A stretch of DNA of 64,000 bases from Octopus sinensis. Its lineage: Eukaryota. Of this stretch, positions 57,035 to 64,000 are shown one piece after another. Position 1 is the first letter of the stretch, and every line of letters begins with the position of its first letter. Where the stretch lies: the NCBI RefSeq assembly GCF_006345805.1, contig NC_043000.1, positions 97,712,001 through 97,776,000 on the forward strand. Direction: 5' to 3'. The translations under genes and the position numbers were made by a program. Under the pieces are notes generated by a model. The model made no database searches and was not told the origin of the DNA. It was given only the letters and a program-made list of their open reading frames with translations.

Positions 57035-57408
57035 TCTCTCTCTATATAAACGGCAGTTTGTCTGTGCGTGTTTCTGTGTGTCTGTTTGCTTGTACCCTCA
57101 TCCTCACCACGGCTTTCAACCGATTCTGATGAAACTTGACACACACATAGCCCAATATCATAATTCAAAACTAACGCAGCGAAAATTTTGATAAGTTCCC
57201 CCAGTTCTGAAAAAAATAGATAAATTCGACATGGGGTCGAGAATCAGGAACACAAACCACAAACTGTGTAGGGGACGCAACTCCACCTTTTTTAACTATC
57301 AAAAAAAATTTACCATAATTTTTTTCCTATTTTTTGGCTATAACTCTCTAAAAATGCTTTATAGTTATTTCCCTTACAAACCTGAGCAACGCCGGGCGAT
57401 ACTGCTAG
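57035..57408 (+). mobile_element. Non-autonomous Helitron-like element
   Basis: Starts A|TC(tctctctatataaac) and ends with a GC-rich hairpin (cctgagcaacgccgggc) followed by CTAG|T. CpG-rich relative to its flanks. Confidence 0.75.
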
Positions 57409-57642
57409 TATATATATATATTTAAATCTCAACCAATAACTAAAAAAAACTATGCTGCTACAACAACTCTCCAAAGCACCAGACAAATTCCACAAGAACA
57501 AAAGACAAATTGTCAAAATGTGAAAAAAATCCTGAAATGAAAAAAGACTGGAAGAGACAACAAAAAAAAAAATACAACTGTTATGACGAGAGGTAAATTA
57601 AAGCTAAAAGAAAATTATAATAAAACTAATTTTTAAACTTAC

Positions 57643-58352
57643 CCAATTGAGGTCTTTTCCTCTTCATTTTCTTCTTTTTCCATAATTTGGTTGGAGTATC
57701 TTCCCTTAACTTAGGTGGTTTGGGAGCAGTAGGCTGTTGTGTGTTAAAATGGCTATTAACGTGTCTTTCAAGACCATGATGTGATGGGAAACGCATATCG
57801 CAGCCATCAACAATGCATTTGAATGGCTTGTCGCCACTGTGACTGAGAATGTGCCGCTCAAGCCATGACATGGAGCAAGAGCGTTTCGCATACACCTTAC
57901 AACCATCCCAAAAGCATACATATGTTTCACTACCTTCTTGACTCTCAACATGTTTCTCACGAATATGTGCCATAAGCAAGTCGGGGTCCAAGACGATATC
58001 ACAGTTTTTCCATTTGCAATGTGTTACTGTTTCCTTGTTGCAGTTGTAGTCAAAGTTTTGTGAGTCTTTACATGATGATGATGATGACGATGATGATGAG
58101 ATCAACGCACAGTTGACCGCATTGCTGACACTGGCTGTGCTACAGGACAGGATGGGTGTGTAAGGGCGGTCTATGAGAGGTGGCAGTAACCCTGAATGGG
58201 CAGTAGAACTAGACAACCCCACCTGACCTGCAGCAGTTTTGGTCCGCTCATTATTAAGAGCCAATCCGTCAAAAATGGAGTGTAATCCGTAAATTGATTG
58301 AGAGGCTGGTTCAGGAGATCCTTTGCTGTTGGCTTGCTTGGAAATACATGGG
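57643..58352 (-). CDS. AEBP2: AEBP2/jing zinc-finger exon (first coding exon seen in the window; upstream exon not found): three C2H2 fingers and a KR-rich motif
   Basis: Translation includes CKWKNC..HIREKH, CFWDGCKVYAKRSCSMSWLERHILSH-SGDKPFK-CIVDGCDMRFPSHHGLERHVNSHF and LWKKKKMKRKRPQL, matching the characteristic AEBP2/jing fingers. Acceptor tattctacag|C at 58353-58354 (phase 2); donor TTGG|gtaag at 57641-57642 (phase 1). Confidence 0.95.
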
Positions 58353-60272
58353 CTGTAGAATAGTAAACAGCACAAGTTAGAATTGCAAACAAATTATAAA
58401 GGTCATCTTACAAAATATTAATAATAATGATGGTTATCTAACAAAACCAAAACCTCAATAAAACATAAAATAAATTCAACAAAATCCTATTTTAATTATA
58501 AGGAAATATTTAAAAAGAAAATAAAAGAAATCTGAAAAAGTTCATGTATTTGACTGGAGATAGCAAAAATAATTTATTTCCAACTAGGTTAGTTATGAAA
58601 GAATATGAGCTTTAAATTGATATGGTTTTTAAAGATCAATGTATAGAATTTATCAGAACACCTGACCTAAGAGAGCAGTCTTGCAACTGCCTTGCAATTT
58701 ACAAAAAGAAAAAAACCCCAAAAGATGCTTTTTAAAACTCTTTCAAGTTCTAACATTTACATTGACATCAAAAGGCCTGAAATGCTGAAAGTGATAAAAA
58801 TTAATTAGATTCACATTTCATTTTAATACACATACCTTTCATATTCCCACTTTCTGTCCATTTTATTTTCTTAATGCTAGCTGTTACTTTAGGAGGTATA
58901 TCTAGGAGATAGGCACTTGTAAGTGCTTAATGAGCTGACATAACATAGCAACCAAAAGAACTTTACAAGCAAAATGAACAACATGCAATACACTGTGTGG
59001 CTGTGACCTAATGCTGAAAATCGCAATGTGATTTATAAAATAAATGGATCTTAGAATTCCATCCATTCAATCAACTAAACTACGAAGCTCACTGGATTAG
59101 CATGTAAGTGGCTGAGTATTCCACAGACGTGTACCTTTGAATTTTAGTTACAATCTATCTGATGGGCTTCTATGAAGTTCCTGTTGCACCCTACCACCAT
59201 ACTGTTAATATCACAAAGTATAGATTAACCTGTGGCTACAGAAAATGACACTTGCCAAGGTACCACGCAGTGGGACCAAGCCCAAGACTTCAAGATAGCA
59301 ACACAAAATTCTTAACCATACTGTGCCATATATATATATATGTGAGTGTGTGCATGCACAACCTCACATGTACAAAGATCTGTAAATCATAAAATGAAAA
59401 GAGAAAGAAAAAAGTTCTGAAAGAGAAAACATAACTTAGTCTTGCAAAGTTGTTTAGCCCCACATCAATTGTGACCCAGTTGACTGTCCTGTTCATGATT
59501 CAACCCATTTTTTATTTTATTTATGAAGCATATAATATCTGATGTGCACCTGCTTCTAAAGATTGTAGACCATTAAATGACGGAGCTTTGGTAACTAATC
59601 CTAGTGGCTACTATTCATAGCTTTGAGATACTGGTTATATGGTTGTTTATTTTTAGAATGACATTGTAAGGCAGGTGTGAGAAGTCAGGTCTGGCTGGAT
59701 TGAACATAAAAGTGGTAGAATATTTGAGCCAATTTAAATGCATATATATTCCTCATTAGCCACAACAATAGTGTTATGCATTAAATTCTTTCACAAATAT
59801 ATAACCTTAAAAATACCTCCCTTGTTACAGCTGATTTCATAGCACTATCCAAATGCTCATAATCAGTCACAAAGCTAGTGTTTCTTTCATATAAACCTGA
59901 CAGAGGAAACAAGATGAACAAGGACAATATCAATTTGAAGCTATTGAAATTTTAACTATTTTTGGAGGAGTTATCTGTTTCACTCCAGCTGCTTTGGGCT
60001 GCCACTGGTTCTTTTATTTAAAAAACTTCTAATACTAAAGTCTTCATATTGAAAACTTAAAACTTTTCATCATAATTTTGTATAAAAATATTTGTTAAGT
60101 TACATTCCAAAATCCCGAGTTAATGAGAAATTTTATTAAAACTAAAAATCTTGAATAATTTCAATACTAATTCAAACACATAACCACAATGTACCAGTGT
60201 ATGTCATCAGAAATATTACCCTAAAAGTCTTCAGGATAGATAAGTGCATTTATAATTTTGTGATTATATTAT

Positions 60273-60303
<31 letters not shown>

Positions 60304-61078
60304 CATATGTGTGTGTGTATCTATACGAGAGAGAGAAAGGTTTGGTGGAACAAACAAAAGTAAAAGAATTCAATACATGCTTCTGTGTATACACACACAA
60401 GTCCTACAGGGGATGTACAGGTTATGTGTGAAAGAGTAGGGAACTTTAGATTTACATTGAAGGTCAAATGAAATTCAGTTGTGCTCATACAGTCCACAAG
60501 GGTTTTACTAAAAATTGAATGAAAAGGATGGACTGCAGGTTCAGTCTGCCAAGTATTTACTTCTGAAGTACTAAAATAGAAATGTAACTTCAAATCGAGA
60601 GAACAGAAATTTAAGAAAAAGAGAAACTGATTTAATTTGATTTGGATTGAATGCATCTCCAGTTTAGGGGAGGGGAAATGCTTTTCTTAAAGGCATTAAA
60701 AATCAGTTACTGACCAACCAAGACTGACATGTCTAAAGCAGATTACAGATACATGAATTTGGTGAAAATTCCATTCACCACTAAGCTGTATTGGGGAGGA
60801 GGACACTGACCATTAAGAATGATTTCCACCAGAAAATCTCAACTAATAATATGTAACCAATGTTGCTTAGTCCCAAGTTAGCTTTACAAAGGGATGGGTA
60901 CTTTGGATATGAAGCCAATTATACAGTTATGTAAACAAATTTATAGTTACAGAGAATGAATATATAATGAAACAGAGATTCAGAGATGGCAGGAAGTACA
61001 TACTACTAAAATGTCTATGCCTATCACACACATACAGTTAAAGAGAAAGTAAAGGAAAGTAAAAGGGGGAAAAAAGCA

Positions 61079-61084
61079 ATATAT

Positions 61085-61136
<52 letters not shown>
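61079..61136. repeat. (AT)n microsatellite
   Basis: Directly visible. Confidence 0.95.
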
Positions 61137-61139
<3 letters not shown>

Positions 61140-62734
61140 AGAGCGAGAGAGGGGGTGGTGGCAGGAGGGAGAGAGATTACAGAAACCAAGTTTGTTTGTG
61201 GTGAGTGAGTTTATAAGTTAAGGTTATAATTACTGTTGAGTGAAATTTATGTTGAGCTTAATGCTTGTTAATATGGTAAACAAATTATACAACTACATCT
61301 AGTAAGGTGAAACAGTAATGACCGACCACTCTACGTTATTGCCAATTAGATTTTAATGCCTACACATTAATCAATGTGTTAGAGGGCATGCATGCACACA
61401 CACACACACACACACACAACAGGATTTTTAATGTCATAAAATATACTGGAAAAAAATTTAGTGATGGGTGAAATGAGTAGAAAGAGAACAAATAAATATT
61501 TAAACTGACTTTTGTTACTTATTTGTTGTTGTTCATCATCATTATTATCAATATTATTATTATTATTATTATTATTAAGAAAGAAAATTGTTTTCTTATT
61601 ACTATCAGTATCATATTGCAAATCTGATTTGCCTTCAAAACCAGCAAGGCTACTGAAGAAAGATGTAACATAACACTACATATGTCTGCTGTGATCTGCC
61701 CTTGTTGGAGCTGATTGGCAGGGATGATTTTAAAGTGTCATTTTTACATTGTGAAAACATACAAAAGCATACACACACACATGCAATTTTTCCATGTAAA
61801 CACAGTGCTTATACAAGATTAAAAAGATGCTATGGAATTGACATTATCTTCAAATTACATTCAAAAAGATCATTACATTCAAAACTCATCTTATAAGGCA
61901 TAGAAAATACAGATGGCAGACTGATGATAAAAAGAGAGAAAGAGAAAAAAAAGGAAAGCATTCCAAATTTTTCCTTCAGCCCCAAACTATGGAATTGCAT
62001 GTAATTTTCTTTCTAGTGGTTAAATAGCTTAAGGAACTTGATGTTTTGTATTAAAATACTTCTCAAAAATCATTTAGCCTTTCTTCTTGGTAAGAGATTT
62101 CATCAAAATATAATAGTCATTTTCACATTTCTATATATTACTAAGAGTATACAGTTGAATATATGAACCTACATCTTATCAAGACTAAGATAAGGTTTTC
62201 TCTCTCTCATTCACACACACACACTTCATATCATCAAAGCATATTTCAAAACATTCCTTCCATTGTAGTTGTATTGTAATTATGGAAAACATTTCATAAA
62301 TTACAACTGTTTCTTTCTAATTACATTAGCAGGTCAAACAACCATGTATAAATACCCTCAGCACAATAGCTTTTTAAAACAAGTTCAACAGATAAGCATG
62401 TCACCTTATACAGACAGGAAGCTTCTATTTGGTTGCTTAACCTATTAGAAATAGCAGTCAAATTTCCCTCAAATTAAACCTGATATTAATCAAAGAAAGA
62501 TTTGTTCTACAGAAAGATGGGGATGTCCAAGGCTAACCCATTCATCAACTGGTAGCTTATCTAGAGCAATTTAGTCCCTTATCTGTTAGGGGAAAAAATA
62601 GTGCAAAAGCAAGAGACTCGGGATAAAAATATAAAGTAGAAGTTGGAGAAGGCTGCATTGACATTAGCTGTCATTTGACAAGGCTACATATACAAAATAG
62701 TTTTATACCATTAGACTTATTTTATAAAATATTG

Positions 62735-62885
62735 GCATGACTTTATGGCTAAGAAGCTCACTTTGCAACCATATGGTTTCAGGATCAAACAGCACCATTG
62801 GCAAGTGTCTTCTATTATAACCATGGACTGATGAATGTCTTGTGAGTGAATATGGTAGATGGAAACTTTGTGGAAACACATCATA
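62735..62885 (+). mobile_element. tRNA-derived SINE head
   Basis: ttatggctaagaagctcactttgcaaccatatggtttcagg...ggtagatggaaactttgtgg. Confidence 0.6.
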
Positions 62886-64000
62886 TATATATATATATAT
62901 ATATATATGTTTGTGTGTGCTCACTCACCCACTGCCTGACAACTAGTATTAGTTTTTCTTTTCTTTTTGTAGTTTCAGCTCATCATAATTTTTAAAAACT
63001 TATTTAGTTGAAAATTTCTTTTGGGTTTCTATGTTTTTTAACACAAATGTAATTACAAGTGTAGGTGAAGGAAAACTACAATAAATATAGATAAATATAT
63101 ACTGTTCCTCACACATACTTCCAGGAAAATCACACATTCCTCCTCCTTTGGTATTAAGATAGTAAATCCAAATTATCAGTGAAAGCATCGGTATTACAGC
63201 ACACATAGTTTCATGTATCCTTAGGTAGACAGCAAGTTACACAACATGATTCATGTAATGCACTTTTGGTGTAACATGTCTTCCAAATTACATTTGACTG
63301 ATGTCATCAACTATAGCAATCTCAACCAGTCTAGGAAGAGGGTTTGTAAAGGTTATGAACAATGCCCCAACTCCCCCCTTCACCTCATATTTTTTTTTAA
63401 TGTATTCAATTCTGATAGTAAATTTTAAGGATGTACCTCTCTTTGATAGTTAACTCCATTAAGCATATGGTATTCACATAAATGCTTAACTATGAAAGAA
63501 AATACTTTGAAACTTTAGAAAACAAAAGCACAGCTGATAACAAATAAAAAAAAAATTTTTTTTTAATATTGAAGAAAAAGAAAAAGTTTTATACTGATGT
63601 TGATCCAAGACTTCTAAGAATACAAATCTCTTTGAAAAACAGTTTTCATTGTTTTGTCTTTACAAAAGAATGTGTAGTAATAAATAAACAGAAAAAAATT
63701 TATTAATTAGAACAAGAATAAGTAAGAATTGATGAAAAAATATTCATCTTCAGAGTTATGATTAAAAAAACAACAAAATGTGATGAAGTTTTAAGAAAAT
63801 CTAAAAATAAAATATTATTGGTCAGCTTCAGTTTATAATAAATAAAAAGCCTAAAATGTGTTAAAATGAATAGAAATTGTGTTTCTTTTTTTATTTTTGA
63901 ATTTTCTCTTTCTACAGTTTTATTAATGAAGAAATTTCTATTTCTACCATAAATGAAATGTTAAGGGAGGAAAGTCGGGGGAAAAAGGGGTGGTGGCAAA

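Noticed and set aside
58353-58375. Track start of ORF 57626..58375 (MCCLLFY)
   Set aside because: The start is TTG within the polypyrimidine tract of the acceptor. The first in-frame ATG lies inside finger 1, so the real start must be in an upstream exon. The last residues (GKFKN) are intron read-through.

Overview
AT-rich, repeat-dense eukaryotic (animal) genomic DNA. The SINE, RTE and MITE repertoire and the microsatellites resemble an octopod cephalopod (inference from repeat families, not proven). The only supportable host gene is on the minus strand and spans most of the window: an AEBP2/jing orthologue (PRC2.2 accessory zinc-finger protein). Four GT-AG coding exons can be joined in frame by hand: 58352-57643 (three C2H2 fingers plus the KR-rich motif), 22150-22026, 14409-14342 and 7331-7184 (stop). 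They give about 349 aa; the 5' exon(s) and start codon were not found and probably lie beyond position 64000. The introns (35.5, 7.6 and 7.0 kb) are filled with tRNA-derived SINEs, RTE LINE 3' fragments, decayed mariner/Tc1/pogo elements, TTAA MITEs, a Helitron-like element and microsatellites. Almost all other ORFs in the supplied track are noise. The most notable unexplained structures are a 347-bp near-perfect intronic palindrome (40804-41150), a long inverted-repeat pair (26694-27837), and a local duplication cluster (32063-34762) that preserves the empty site of an RTE insertion. I found no clearly novel protein-coding system.
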